Source of the DNA: a virus
IMG/VR virus record: IMGVR_UViG_3300044846_004348
Location: 28,643 to 92,642 of that record
Length of the DNA: 64,000 nucleotides
Reading direction: 5' to 3' (one strand)
Shown: piece by piece, positions 22,367-37,741 of the stretch
Layout: each line of letters starts with the position of its first letter
Numbering within the stretch: position 1 is the stretch's first letter
Notes under the pieces: model-generated
The model's database searches: none
What the model was told of the DNA's origin: nothing
The model's input: the letters and a program-made list of their open reading frames with translations, nothing else
Translations under genes and position numbers: made by a program

Positions 22367-24019
22367 TTATACTACTAAGTTTCCACTTAGTAACCATGTG
22401 TTTGATGAAAGTTTAATTAAAGAGGCTACAGCGTGTTGGGCTTTAGTTTTTAATCTTGTTCCTTCAGATCTTACAGTTACTCCTGCTGCTCCAGTAAATG
22501 TAATCTGTCCTAATCCATTTTGACTAACTAAAATTTGAGTGCCCACTGGAAAACTGTACGTTGAGTCGGCTGGAATTGTTAGAGTTACTGCAGTACTTTT
22601 AGCTATTTGAACTAATTTACCTATATCTACTGCACTCAATATGTAGTTTTCAGTAGCTATAGAAAATTCTAAGTTATAAAAAGGAGGTCCAGGCACTGTA
22701 CTTGCTGCACCAGTTGGTCCTGTTGGTCCTTGCGCACCTGTAGGACCCGTAACATTTGAAGCAGCACCTTGCGGTCCCGAAGGTCCTGTAGGTCCTGTTG
22801 ACCCCGTAGGTCCTGTTACAGTTGATGCAGGTCCCGTTGCACCCGTTGGTCCTGTAGGTCCTACTGATCCAGTAATACCAAATTTCCAACTAGAAAATGT
22901 TCCAGATCCATTCACTATATCTACGTTTACTAAAATATCTAAAGAACTTATAGTTAAAATAGTTCCTTCAACGTAAATAGTTGGGGAACCAACGACAAAT
23001 ACTCTTACTCTATTTCCTACAGCATAAGCTCGTATAGAGTTAACTGTAAATAATAAGTTTCCTAAAGACATAGTTCTAGATGTACTAGAAGTGGTGTTGT
23101 CGTAGTCACTTCCTGTTAATCCTGTTGCACCAGTTGGTCCCGTGGGTCCTTGTGCACCCGTTGGTCCTGGAGTAGTTGATGCCGCACCAGTCGGTCCCGT
23201 AGGTCCAGTTGTACCTCTAAGACCTGTCTCTCCTTGTGAGCCTGTAGCACCAGTCGGACCTGTTGCACCTGTAGGTCCAGTTGGTCCACCTGAAGGTCCC
23301 GTAGGTCCTGTTACACCTGTTGCACCCGTAGGTCCTGTAATACTTGCACCAGTAGGTCCTTGTGGTCCTGAAGGTCCAATAAATCCTCTAGGTCCCGTAG
23401 GTCCTTGCGGTCCTTGTGATCCAGTAGCACCCGTAGGTCCTAAAGGTCCTGTCTCTCCTATATCTCCAGTATCACCTTTATCACCCTTTGGTCCAGTTGA
23501 CCCTCTCTCACCTGTTATACCTATTAATCCTTGCGGTCCTGTAGGTCCTTGCGGTCCAGTTGGTCCCGTTGGTCCAGTTACTGTATTTCCTTGAGGTCCT
23601 GTTTGACCTCTTGCACCTGTAGGACCTGTTTGACCTATCGGACCAGTTGGTCCTGTTACAGTTGAATTAGCACCTTGAGGTCCAGTCGGACCAGTTGGTC
23701 CTGGTAATCCTGTGTTGCTAGAAGCAGATTCAACCCAAAAACCGTCATAATAAACATAAATTTGACCTGTTTCAGCATTGAACCAAGCATCACCTAAATC
23801 TGGAGATGCTGGAGGAGTTGCTGAGGATGTACTAAAATTACCTGTTGGTCCTGTAGGACCCGTAACATTTGAAGCAGAACCTTGTGCACCTGTTGGACCA
23901 GTAGGTCCTACTACTTCAGAAACTACAAGTTGCCATGCAACGCCATCCCATTCCCATGTGTTTATTCCTGAAGTAAATTGTTGTGCTACTGATGGTGTAT
24001 CTGGAAAATTAATTGCCAT
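22367..24019 (-). CDS. collagen-like fibre protein
   Basis: INFP...WEWDGVAW N-module, long G-X-Y run, C-terminal domain shared with 5639..7579. Confidence 0.85.
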   Translation of the reverse strand: MAINFPDTPSVAQQFTSGINTWEWDGVAWQLVVSEVVGPTGPTGAQGSASNVTGPTGPTGNFSTSSATPPASPDLGDAWFNAETGQIYVYYDGFWVESASSNTGLPGPTGPTGPQGANSTVTGPTGPIGQTGPTGARGQTGPQGNTVTGPTGPTGPQGPTGPQGLIGITGERGSTGPKGDKGDTGDIGETGPLGPTGATGSQGPQGPTGPRGFIGPSGPQGPTGASITGPTGATGVTGPTGPSGGPTGPTGATGPTGATGSQGETGLRGTTGPTGPTGAASTTPGPTGAQGPTGPTGATGLTGSDYDNTTSSTSRTMSLGNLLFTVNSIRAYAVGNRVRVFVVGSPTIYVEGTILTISSLDILVNVDIVNGSGTFSSWKFGITGSVGPTGPTGATGPASTVTGPTGSTGPTGPSGPQGAASNVTGPTGAQGPTGPTGAASTVPGPPFYNLEFSIATENYILSAVDIGKLVQIAKSTAVTLTIPADSTYSFPVGTQILVSQNGLGQITFTGAAGVTVRSEGTRLKTKAQHAVASLIKLSSNTWLLSGNLVV

Positions 24020-24022
24020 TTA

Positions 24023-24715
24023 CTATACCGTCGCTTCGTATTGAAAATGGATAAGAATTCTATCACTGCTACTAAATAAAAATGGTGTATCAAAAGCTAC
24101 TGGGAAACCTTCGTCATAAGAAGAAGATTGTCCATGAACCCACATCTCGACTCTACTATCATTATTTTCATTAAAAATTGCTGTACCAAAGTATGTTAAA
24201 CCTGGACCCTCGTCTCTAATAACTACTTGACCCATTGGCTGATAGTTTTCTGCAATACCTGTTGCTGGTAGAGAGAAAAAATATTTACCAGTTCCTCTAT
24301 TGAATCCAACAGTTCCAGCAACCATTCTTATTTCACCAACAATAGTTGCACCTAAAGCGACATACCTTCCTGTAATACTTCCATTTCCTATTGCTGGCTG
24401 TGTAGCACCACTTGAAGTCCATGTTGGTGTGTAAGTAGTCCATGCAGTAAAACCAAAAGTACCTGCAGGTCCAGTTGCACCTGTTGGTCCCGTTACTGTA
24501 CTTGCAGGTCCTGTCGGTCCAGTAGGTCCAAACGGTCCTGTAGGTCCTGTTGAACCAATTGCTGTTGAATCTAAACCTGGGGCACCAGTTGGTCCTGTTG
24601 GTCCAACGGCGCTAGTACGAACTAGACGCCATGCGGTTCCATTCCAAATATAAGTTTGAGTACCAAAGGTGTAAGTATCATTTACTGTAGGTGTACTTGG
24701 AAAATCAATAGGCAT
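24023..24715 (-). CDS. short collagen-like protein with C-terminal beta head
   Basis: IDFP...YIWNGTAW module, GPT run, WTTYTPTW...GRY head; AGGAGG SD. Confidence 0.8.
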   Translation of the reverse strand: MPIDFPSTPTVNDTYTFGTQTYIWNGTAWRLVRTSAVGPTGPTGAPGLDSTAIGSTGPTGPFGPTGPTGPASTVTGPTGATGPAGTFGFTAWTTYTPTWTSSGATQPAIGNGSITGRYVALGATIVGEIRMVAGTVGFNRGTGKYFFSLPATGIAENYQPMGQVVIRDEGPGLTYFGTAIFNENNDSRVEMWVHGQSSSYDEGFPVAFDTPFLFSSSDRILIHFQYEATV

Positions 24716-24760
24716 TACTTACCTCCTTTGTTTGTGTATTTAAATTCTATACTTAGTTTG

Positions 24761-29329
<4,569 letters not shown>

Positions 29330-29448
29330 TTACACTCCATAAAAATTAAATGAGAAAACAACTGAGGTGCAATCAGTTTTCTCGACCATCTATATATTAC
29401 AGGTGTTTCTATACCTATTATTTGGATTAAGTACACATTTTTGTGTAG

Positions 29449-30654
29449 CTATCTAACCGTTCCGATAATACTTATGTCTTTTCTAGGGTCGTGACCAGAG
29501 CCTATTACCATACTTAATACCCCTGGAGGTGATTCTAAACCACTTTTTTCACGAAACCAGGAGGACCCAGGATCGGTGGTCGGGGCCTGCACCCAAAAAC
29601 GAGATCCAATATCCATACTTTTAAAATTATGATAATGCCCAGAAATCCACACGTCGCAACCCCCGATTGGAGTTTGTCCCGCTGCTTGTCCTGATAAGTA
29701 CTTAAGAACGTCTCTTCCTGCTTGATGACCATGAAAAATGCCTAACATTGTTCCACAAATATTTACTGAAACAGTGTTTGTGTCTTTTGCTGGAAATCTA
29801 AACTCTACATGAGATAAATTTTCGTTTTCTGCGCAAGCATCTTGTACAGCACTAGCAATCTCAACATTCCATCCATCTGATGGGTCAGCCGTTACTTGGC
29901 GAGTAGATTCGTCGTGATTTCCATTAACTACTGGGACAATTAAATTTTCACACAGTGGTGCAAATGCTTTGATTTGTGCTAGTAAAAGTCTTCTGGCAAC
30001 TCTAGTTTGCTCGGTGATGCCTAAATCTGATGCTGCTTGTCCTTGAAGTCTTCCGTGTTGAGAAACATTTCCTTCTACGTGATCCCCAGGAAGAGCCAGA
30101 ACTATCGTCCCAATTTTTCTTCCAATTTTTCTTAATTCTTGAAGTCTGTGTATTCCACCTTCTGTAGTTTCTAAAATTCTTTTTACAGATCCAGCTGTTC
30201 CATCGTCTCCAGATTTTTTACCAATTTGTTGATCGCTGGGGGCAAATATGTATGCTAACTCTCCAGTTTCTTGTTTTTGTCCTTTTGAAGGTTTCCATTT
30301 TTTAATTTCATCTACTAAAGCCTCTACATCTAAATCAGAAGATTCTCTATTTACTAACGGTATTAAATTTAATCTGTAGGCTTCTAACCACTCGCCATCA
30401 AATTTTTGCCACCTTGATCTTCTAACAGATGTGACGCACCATGTGTTTGGATCTAAGTCAAACTCTTTAAGTAGTTGTTCGGAGTCTGGAGTCTGTCCTG
30501 CTGGTCTTGGGGTTGATACTAAAAATCCACCGCTATCATCTATTTCCATTCTTGGCTTCCAAGATTCTGGGGTGTTGCTTGCTTTTGTGTCAGAGACGCT
30601 TGGACCTGGACTAACTAAAGCGTAAAATTTTTCTGTAAGAGTTTCGTCAGACAT
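29449..30654 (-). CDS. calcineurin-like metallophosphoesterase / nuclease
   Basis: SDQQIG, GDHVEG, GNHDE, HGH, GHYH motifs. Confidence 0.85.
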   Translation of the reverse strand: MSDETLTEKFYALVSPGPSVSDTKASNTPESWKPRMEIDDSGGFLVSTPRPAGQTPDSEQLLKEFDLDPNTWCVTSVRRSRWQKFDGEWLEAYRLNLIPLVNRESSDLDVEALVDEIKKWKPSKGQKQETGELAYIFAPSDQQIGKKSGDDGTAGSVKRILETTEGGIHRLQELRKIGRKIGTIVLALPGDHVEGNVSQHGRLQGQAASDLGITEQTRVARRLLLAQIKAFAPLCENLIVPVVNGNHDESTRQVTADPSDGWNVEIASAVQDACAENENLSHVEFRFPAKDTNTVSVNICGTMLGIFHGHQAGRDVLKYLSGQAAGQTPIGGCDVWISGHYHNFKSMDIGSRFWVQAPTTDPGSSWFREKSGLESPPGVLSMVIGSGHDPRKDISIIGTVR

Positions 30655-30940
30655 TAATTTCCTCTGAGTGTGTAGATCTTGTGGATTTACCTACAAAGCA
30701 TCTGCATTGTTTTCTTCTATGTAGGGCGATAGACGCATAGGCTATGTCATACCCCTCGCTTAAAAGAACATTTTGAATTTGTCTATTTGAGATTCTTCGA
30801 GAATCTGATGTTTTAACGGCTAGAACTGCCTCTAATGCTTTTACATCTTTATCTGGCATATCTTTTAATATTTTTGCAATTCCGCAAGGTAAGCCTGATT
30901 CTGATGGAGCAATGTCAGAAAATCTATCTGAAAGACTCAT
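30647..30940 (-). CDS. hypothetical protein (C...HRRKQCRC)
   Basis: Overlaps the phosphoesterase start; GAGG SD. Confidence 0.65.
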   Translation of the reverse strand: MSLSDRFSDIAPSESGLPCGIAKILKDMPDKDVKALEAVLAVKTSDSRRISNRQIQNVLLSEGYDIAYASIALHRRKQCRCFVGKSTRSTHSEEINV

Positions 30941-31102
30941 TGAAAGATCCTCTCTACTGTTGTAGTAATGTTTGTTATCTCTCAGTTAACAAATTTAACA
31001 GAAGTAAGTCAATAAGTCCCTTATTCAGTAGATTTTGAGTACAGCGTGTCGGAACTGTTTTGGAAAGAGAAAATGCTCTAAAACTCGACTTATTTGGTCA
31101 GA

Positions 31103-31468
31103 TTATGCTGATTTATTGGATTTAGTTTTTTTAACTTTTGCGGTTTCTTTCTTTATAATGTGTGTCACTAATAAATCTTTTAGCTCTAGATTCTCTGACT
31201 TAATGTGCTTAAGAGTGTTTTCAATTTCATTTACTTTTCTAGCTACATCTGGAAGACTTAGGCCTCCATTAGCGCTTGGGTGTATTGGGGCAGTTGCTTC
31301 ACCAATTTCCTCTTTTATTACGCTTCTAAGTTGTCTCATCCACCATCTCGAGAACCCTCTAGCAACAGTATAAAAAGTTATAATAAAAACTAAGATTGCC
31401 GTGGCATCACCAATGTCAAAACCTACTGTGCCAGGTTCCCACCAAGTGTTGCTTATAATAAAATCCAC
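31103..31468 (-). CDS. single-TM membrane protein, possibly holin-like
   Basis: One N-terminal TM, NGGLSLPD motif, coiled-coil and basic tail. Confidence 0.55.
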   Translation of the reverse strand: MDFIISNTWWEPGTVGFDIGDATAILVFIITFYTVARGFSRWWMRQLRSVIKEEIGEATAPIHPSANGGLSLPDVARKVNEIENTLKHIKSENLELKDLLVTHIIKKETAKVKKTKSNKSA

Positions 31469-31629
31469 TTAATACCAATCTTGACTATAAATAACTAATA
31501 TCTATAAAATATACCATGAAACACGCGACTCGCTTATACGACTCTAGTTCTTGTAAATGAGCTTTAGTTTGTATACTCTTAATTCTTAACATACTGAATA
31601 AACTAAACAAAATGACAAAGAGGGTCTAA

Positions 31630-31851
31630 GTGTTTGACACGCAAAAGAGGGTTAGTGCAAGGGCAATAGCTCTTCATTATGGTTTACCTCAAAATGTGGT
31701 TTATAGAGCAATTAGCTCAGGAGAACTTCCAGCGGCTTCAATAAAAACTAAAAACAAAACAAGAGCATATATTCTTCCGCAAGATGCAGAAGTTTGGTTT
31801 AACTCTTTACTAGAAAACAAAAATTTTAAATCTTTAATGGAGACAAAATGA
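31630..31851 (+). CDS. excisionase-like HTH DNA-binding protein
   Basis: SARAIALHYGLPQNVVYRAISSGELPA (HTH_17-like); ATGA overlap with primase. Confidence 0.7.
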   Translation: MFDTQKRVSARAIALHYGLPQNVVYRAISSGELPAASIKTKNKTRAYILPQDAEVWFNSLLENKNFKSLMETK

Positions 31852-34511
31852 GTAACCATAAAGATGCAAATGGAAGACTAGCTAGTGCTGCTACTTGGTA
31901 TGCAAACATAGATTGGAAAATTCTTCCGTGCTACGGAATTATTGATGGCAGATGTACTTGTAGTCAGCCTCACGCTGAGCCAAAAGATATGGGAAAGCAT
32001 CCAAGTATTGACCAGTGGAATACACGAGCCACGTCTGATGTAAATCAAATATCAAATTGGTGGAACTCTAATCCAGAAAATAATATTGGTGTTTACTGTG
32101 CTCCTAGCGGTTTTTTTGTAATCGACATTGACCCTAGATCTGGTGGCGTTGAATCTTTTGACAAATTTGAATCTTATGTAGATGGTGCACTTCCTCCAAC
32201 AGTAGAAGCCTTTACTGGTGAATACAACGTTCAAGGAAAAATTGTTAGAGGTAGACATCTTTTCTATAAGTGTGATCCAACAGAAGAGTTAGTTGGAAAC
32301 TTAATTAAAGCTGGATTTAAAGGCGTAGATATTAAACATAATGGATATGTTCTTATCTCTCCTTCTCGTCATTTTTCTGGGAATTGCTACGACTGGAAGA
32401 GTGGTCATGCCCCTTGGGAAATTGAAATGGCAGAGGCCCCAGAAGAACTTCTATCTGTAATCAGAAAACGTTCAAGAAAAATTGGTAGTAGAACTTCTTT
32501 AGGTACCACCGATTGGGACGAAATATTTGGAGATCTTGATTACGAAAAAGATCGAGTAGATATTGAAAGAATGATGAAAGAGGGTATAGATGAAGGCTCT
32601 CGTGCTGTAGATATTTACAAGTTAACTTGTGCTCTTGCTAATAAATATGGAGTAGAAGATGATCTAAAGAAAAAAGCTATTGAAGTTTTAATGATGGAGT
32701 TTAATCACACTAAAGTTAGACCTCCTCTTCCATTAGAAGGAACTAACGGTTTACTTCACCATGTCCGTAGAGCAATAGATTTTGTTTCTGCTAATCCAAT
32801 AATTGGAAAAATTGCACCTAAAACTCTTGAGTGGTTACAAACTACTGGAAGAAAAATATCTGAAAATTCAGGAACTGAAACTAAAACTGTAGAAAGATCT
32901 CTACAACCTTTAACTGGTGTAGTTAGACCTCAGATAGTAACAACTAATGCTGCTCTACCAGGAACTATTGCTGGGTCAATTGCTGAGTCTATTGAAAATG
33001 GTGACTCTATTTCATTTGCAACTTCTCTACATAACATGGATGTTCCTTTAGATCCAGATGCTGTATCTGAAAATGACGGTGGAGAAATAGGTGGTCGTTC
33101 TATGACAGACACTGGTAATGGTCGTAGATTGATAGATACCTTTGGTCAAATTATTCGTTACTCGGAAGGTTTGGGTTGGTTTCAATGGGATGGAACTTGT
33201 TGGTTACCAGACAAGGAAGCACTTGGAGTTCAAGAACTAGCAAAAAACTTAGCGTCAATAATTAGTCAAGAAACTAAAAATTACGAAAGTAATACCGATA
33301 AGCAAATGGAAATTATAAAATTTGCACACTCTTCTAAATCAAATGCAAGAATTGACGCTTCAATTAAAAGTGCTAACTCTGATCCAAGAATTATGGTTCC
33401 AGTTGAAAAGTGGGATTCTGATGAGAATTTGATAGGTGTTGCAAACGGAGTTATAGATTTAAAAACTGGAGAACTTCTAAAAGGTCGTCCAGATTTGTAC
33501 ATCAGCAAAAGAGCTCCAGTTTCTTACAGCCCAGGTATAAGAAATATTAGGTGGGAACAATTTATTGATTTTGCTACTGGAGGAGATAAAGAACTTCAAG
33601 ACTGGATCCAACGCGCTGCTGGTTATACATTAACTGGCTCTCGCAAGTACGACGTTATGTTTTTAGTTTATGGCCCTGCTGGCTCTGGTAAAAATACATT
33701 AGTTGAAGCAATAGTTAAAGCTTTAGGTACAGATCAATATGCTTTTCCTTTTGATTCAACAATTTTGGCTCAGGGAGACGGTAAAGCAAATAGTTCTGAT
33801 TTATACCATTGGGCAGAACTTCGTGGTAAAAGAATGATTTGGGTCGACGAATTACCTGATTCAGAAAGACTCAAAGAAAACTCTGTTAAAAAATTAACTG
33901 GTTCATCTGAAATTTCTGCTCGTTCTCCTGGTGGTAGACCTTTCAGTTTTTCTTCTAGAGCAAAGCTTTGGATTACAACTAACCACAGACCAATTATCAA
34001 TGATGATGCTATGTGGCGTCGTATTAGAGCAATACCTTTAACAAAGGTGCCAGAAACATCTGACCCTGATCTAAAAGAATATATTTTTAGTCCAGAGGGT
34101 GCTTTGCCAGCAGTCCTTGCTTGGGCTGTTGAAGGTGCTGTAAAAATTCTTAGTTCAAGTTCTAGAGATGCTTTAGGAATGTGTACTGCTGTTAAAGAAG
34201 CATCAGAAATGTATCGTAAAACTGAAGACAGAATTGGTATGTTCCTTGATGAGGAAACTAATGCTGTTGATGGAGCAGTAGTTAGTATTAAAGAACTTTA
34301 TGGTACTTACCAAATTTGGAGTGATTCTCGTGGTGAGAGGGCTATGACACAAATTGCTTTCGACAAAAAACTTCGTGAAAGAGGTTTTGACGTTGTAGGA
34401 AATGGTAGTCAAGCAATTATAAATAACCTTTCTCAAAAGCCAAGGGCAGTTAGAAGTCCTGAAGAAAACTGGTCTCATCTAACAAGAAGTGCTTCATTTA
34501 ACAAATACTAA
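31848..34511 (+). CDS. bifunctional primase-polymerase fused to D5/P4-type SF3 helicase
   Basis: CTC..GKHP, NIG, VIDID, RHLFY, GYVLISPS (Prim-Pol); TDTGNGRRL D5_N; GPAGSGKNT Walker A; WVDE Walker B; TNHRP. Confidence 0.92.
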   Translation: MSNHKDANGRLASAATWYANIDWKILPCYGIIDGRCTCSQPHAEPKDMGKHPSIDQWNTRATSDVNQISNWWNSNPENNIGVYCAPSGFFVIDIDPRSGGVESFDKFESYVDGALPPTVEAFTGEYNVQGKIVRGRHLFYKCDPTEELVGNLIKAGFKGVDIKHNGYVLISPSRHFSGNCYDWKSGHAPWEIEMAEAPEELLSVIRKRSRKIGSRTSLGTTDWDEIFGDLDYEKDRVDIERMMKEGIDEGSRAVDIYKLTCALANKYGVEDDLKKKAIEVLMMEFNHTKVRPPLPLEGTNGLLHHVRRAIDFVSANPIIGKIAPKTLEWLQTTGRKISENSGTETKTVERSLQPLTGVVRPQIVTTNAALPGTIAGSIAESIENGDSISFATSLHNMDVPLDPDAVSENDGGEIGGRSMTDTGNGRRLIDTFGQIIRYSEGLGWFQWDGTCWLPDKEALGVQELAKNLASIISQETKNYESNTDKQMEIIKFAHSSKSNARIDASIKSANSDPRIMVPVEKWDSDENLIGVANGVIDLKTGELLKGRPDLYISKRAPVSYSPGIRNIRWEQFIDFATGGDKELQDWIQRAAGYTLTGSRKYDVMFLVYGPAGSGKNTLVEAIVKALGTDQYAFPFDSTILAQGDGKANSSDLYHWAELRGKRMIWVDELPDSERLKENSVKKLTGSSEISARSPGGRPFSFSSRAKLWITTNHRPIINDDAMWRRIRAIPLTKVPETSDPDLKEYIFSPEGALPAVLAWAVEGAVKILSSSSRDALGMCTAVKEASEMYRKTEDRIGMFLDEETNAVDGAVVSIKELYGTYQIWSDSRGERAMTQIAFDKKLRERGFDVVGNGSQAIINNLSQKPRAVRSPEENWSHLTRSASFNKY

Positions 34512-34571
34512 AAATCACCTCTTAAAAAATAAGGTATTTTATAGGTATCTAATTTTTAAGGAAGGTAATAA

Positions 34572-35231
34572 ATGGTCTGGCCTGTACCAAAAAACTATAA
34601 AATCACGACTGCTTTTGCAAAACCAGGAAAAATGTGGACAACAGGACGCCACGAAGGAGTAGATTTTGCTGCTCCAGTTGGAACTCCTGTTTATGCTGCT
34701 GGAGATGGCAAAGTAATTGGAACTGGTATTTGGGGAAGTGCTTACGGAAGTAAGTCTCTTGTAATTCAACACGGAAAACTTTATGTTATGTACGCTCATA
34801 TGAGCGAGTTATTTGTTAAAAAAGGTGACACCGTTAAAGGTGGACAAGAAGTTGGAAAAGTTGGTAAAGAAGGAAATGTTACGGGTCCTCATCTTCACTT
34901 AGAGGCTCAAGCAAAACCAACTTGGACTCGTGGTGGTGGAATTGATCCAGCAGAACTTCTTGCAAGTGGCGGAGGTTCGGCTCCAGTTGCCGCTGCTCCA
35001 GTTGCCGCTGCTCCAGTTGCAAATCCAAAAGCATACCCTGGTAATCCAGTAAAACTTGGAGATAAGGGTCCTCACATTGCTGAACTACGTAAAGCATTGG
35101 GTCTTAGTGCTGGTACTACTTATGATGCTAAAGCTGTCGAGGCTGTTAAAAAAATTCAAGCAGCAAATAAAGCTTTGGGTACTCCAGATGGAGTTATTGG
35201 TCCAAAGAGTTGGAAAGCAATCGTAAAATAA
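34572..35231 (+). CDS. M23 peptidase endolysin with C-terminal peptidoglycan-binding domain
   Basis: HEGVDF (HxxxD), YAHM, GPHLHLE (HxH), APVAA linker repeats, DGVIGPKSW. Confidence 0.9.
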   Translation: MVWPVPKNYKITTAFAKPGKMWTTGRHEGVDFAAPVGTPVYAAGDGKVIGTGIWGSAYGSKSLVIQHGKLYVMYAHMSELFVKKGDTVKGGQEVGKVGKEGNVTGPHLHLEAQAKPTWTRGGGIDPAELLASGGGSAPVAAAPVAAAPVANPKAYPGNPVKLGDKGPHIAELRKALGLSAGTTYDAKAVEAVKKIQAANKALGTPDGVIGPKSWKAIVK

Positions 35232-36647
35232 TTAAGGATTAATAATCCTTGCACCGCGGCTGCCAGTTGAACTTCTAAAATTAGGAATTCTTCTGGCAGC
35301 TGGTGATTTTGCAGTAATTCTTCCACCCATAAATCCTTGTGGTGGTTTAATTAATAACGCAGTGAGAGCATGAACTAGTGCGTCTACTCTGTCTGGAGAT
35401 TTACTTGCATTTTCTGGTATCCATGAAGTCATTTGAGATTCTAAATCAACTAAGTAACCTATGTGGTGAACTCTTTGCTGTTCATAAGATAAAACTATAG
35501 GTTCTGCGCGAAGTGCTTTTCCATATTTTGAATGAACTTCTAAAACTTTAACATTTGGATCAATCGCATTAATTGCATTACGAACAAGTGCTCCACCTTG
35601 ATTTACTTCAGCTACAACAGGTGCGCCCCATCGACGAGCCATCTCAACTACTTTATTAGCCCACACTTCAGGAGAGCCGTGAATTGAAGCGTCTTCTAAA
35701 ATCCATGCATGACGTTTGTATAAATCTCTATCTGCAGTAGAAGCGCAAACAACAATTCCGCACTCATCTCTTGGATTTTCAGCAACTGATGGATCAACGC
35801 CAATAACTCTTAATGGTGCTTGAGGTGGAAGAACTCCTTGACGAGAAGATTCAATCATTTCAATAGTCCACAAAGCACCTTCAACGTCATCAAGCATTTC
35901 ACCATAAAGTTCTTGTTGGGCTAGACGAGTTCCTTCGTAAACTCCAGTAATTGCTTGTAGATATGCTTCAGATAAGTTACCAGCATTATCTAGTGTAGAA
36001 CCTTTAGAGATAATTACTCTTCCAGTTTTTTCTGCTTCTGAAATTAAATTATAAAGAACTGGTACACGTTTTGGTGTTGTAGTTGCAATAATTTGTGGAT
36101 TAGAACCAAGACGAGCAGATACACGCAAGTTATCCCAAGATGTCATACCAGCGTTGTCTGGGGTTTGACGCCATGCTGCTAATTCGTCTGCCCATGCGTA
36201 GTGACATTGAGGACCACGAAGTCCGTCTGGTTCGTCTGCAGTAAAAAGTGTTGCTGTGTTTCCATTAGGCCAAGTTAGTCTTCGTTTAGATGGTTCGTAA
36301 TGTGGTTTTTCACTAGGTGGTGATACAGAAATAATTCCGCTTTCACCTTCAACAATTACATCTCGCACGTCTGCAGCAGTACGAGCAACTAAAGCAAAAC
36401 GAAGTTGTCCTTCATTTGTGTATTTTGCTTTCTCTCTTACCCACTCGGCTGCACTTCTAGTTTTTCCAGCACCACGACCTGCAAGATATAACCAAATGCT
36501 CCAGTCTTTTGTATTTGGAGGCATCTGCTCTGGTCTGGCCCAAGAGGACCAGTCCCATTGCAGAGCGTCCATATCAACGTTTGCTAATACAGCACGACGT
36601 TCTTCTATGGGCAGTGCAGCCACAGTTTCCATAAGGCTTTTACCCAT
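35232..36647 (-). CDS. terL: terminase large subunit
   Basis: AGRGAGKT Walker A, AWADE Walker B, TTTPK, GVDPS nuclease Asp, SPDRVDA. Confidence 0.93.
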   Translation of the reverse strand: MGKSLMETVAALPIEERRAVLANVDMDALQWDWSSWARPEQMPPNTKDWSIWLYLAGRGAGKTRSAAEWVREKAKYTNEGQLRFALVARTAADVRDVIVEGESGIISVSPPSEKPHYEPSKRRLTWPNGNTATLFTADEPDGLRGPQCHYAWADELAAWRQTPDNAGMTSWDNLRVSARLGSNPQIIATTTPKRVPVLYNLISEAEKTGRVIISKGSTLDNAGNLSEAYLQAITGVYEGTRLAQQELYGEMLDDVEGALWTIEMIESSRQGVLPPQAPLRVIGVDPSVAENPRDECGIVVCASTADRDLYKRHAWILEDASIHGSPEVWANKVVEMARRWGAPVVAEVNQGGALVRNAINAIDPNVKVLEVHSKYGKALRAEPIVLSYEQQRVHHIGYLVDLESQMTSWIPENASKSPDRVDALVHALTALLIKPPQGFMGGRITAKSPAARRIPNFRSSTGSRGARIINP

Positions 36648-36653
36648 TTGTAA

Positions 36654-37118
36654 CTACCGCTTTCTTCTCTGCAAACTTCTCTGTACTCCATAGTATAGGG
36701 GAGCGGCAGAACTTAAACCTATCTCTTTTGCAAGATTTGAAAGAGGAACTCCTCTAACGTATTCTTCTGCAAGTTGATCGTGGTACTCTTCAACACTTTT
36801 ATCTCTTGCTTTTTCTACTCTTTTAGCAGATGCTGTGATTTCTTTTTCTGTATATTTAACTCTTTTTGGCTTAACTGATTCAACTGTTATGTCTTTCATA
36901 ACGATTCTTCTTCTTAAACCAGCGTAAGCAACCTTTAGTTCGTCTGCTAGTTGAGGTAAACTTCCACCTTTTTCGTAATACTCAAGCAGTAGTGATGTGT
37001 ATTGACGACTTGCTTTATGTTGAGGTGTGTTTTGTGTTCTAGAACCATAGGCTTTTTTAGCCAGTGGAAGAATAGGTTTTATCTTATTTGCGTACTGAAC
37101 TGTCAGTTCGTCTTTCAT
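36654..37118 (-). CDS. double-HTH DNA-binding protein
   Basis: GGSLPQLADELKVAYAGLRRR and GVPLSNLAKEIGLS; similar to 50149..50757. Confidence 0.65.
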   Translation of the reverse strand: MKDELTVQYANKIKPILPLAKKAYGSRTQNTPQHKASRQYTSLLLEYYEKGGSLPQLADELKVAYAGLRRRIVMKDITVESVKPKRVKYTEKEITASAKRVEKARDKSVEEYHDQLAEEYVRGVPLSNLAKEIGLSSAAPLYYGVQRSLQRRKR

Positions 37119-37203
37119 TTACTTCCTTCTTTTAAGTTCCAGCTTAAGTGTCCTATCTATTCTAGAACGCTATCATATACTTTTTAGAAGGTCAAAATGG
37201 GGG

Positions 37204-37692
37204 TTATTCGTCCTTTTCCATTCTTAGAGGTAGGGAGATAATCCATATTGTTAGGGCTAAAAGGGTTGCGTACCCTACTATGGTTTTTGCGGATCCCTCA
37301 AGTGTTACCCAAGCGATGAACATACCTAGCAATGTCCACATTTCGGCTATCAAATCTTTTACTACTGCCCATACTGCTTTGGCTGTTTTTACTACTAAAA
37401 ACAATAAAGTTTTGACTATTTTTACAACTACAGCCCACACTGCTTTGGCTGTTTTTACTACTAAATTTTTTACAAATGTGTAGATTTTATAAGGAACTAA
37501 AAGTATAGTTTTAACTATCTTTACAACTGTATTTAGAACTAGTTTATATAGTTTTACTATTAAACTTTTTACATATTTATAAATTTTGTATGGCAATGAA
37601 ACTACACTTTTAAATACATTAGTTGCAAGGGCAGGCAACTTTTTCATTTTGTTTTTAGAAGTTTTATTCTTTGTTTTTTTAGCGTGTAGCAT
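37204..37692 (-). CDS. membrane protein with amphipathic repeats
   Basis: Repeated VVKTAKAVWAVV, two C-terminal TM segments. Confidence 0.65.
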   Translation of the reverse strand: MLHAKKTKNKTSKNKMKKLPALATNVFKSVVSLPYKIYKYVKSLIVKLYKLVLNTVVKIVKTILLVPYKIYTFVKNLVVKTAKAVWAVVVKIVKTLLFLVVKTAKAVWAVVKDLIAEMWTLLGMFIAWVTLEGSAKTIVGYATLLALTIWIISLPLRMEKDE

Positions 37693-37741
37693 TTTCAGGG
37701 TCTTTCCTCCAGATTATAATTTTATAGTTTTTTGTAAGTTT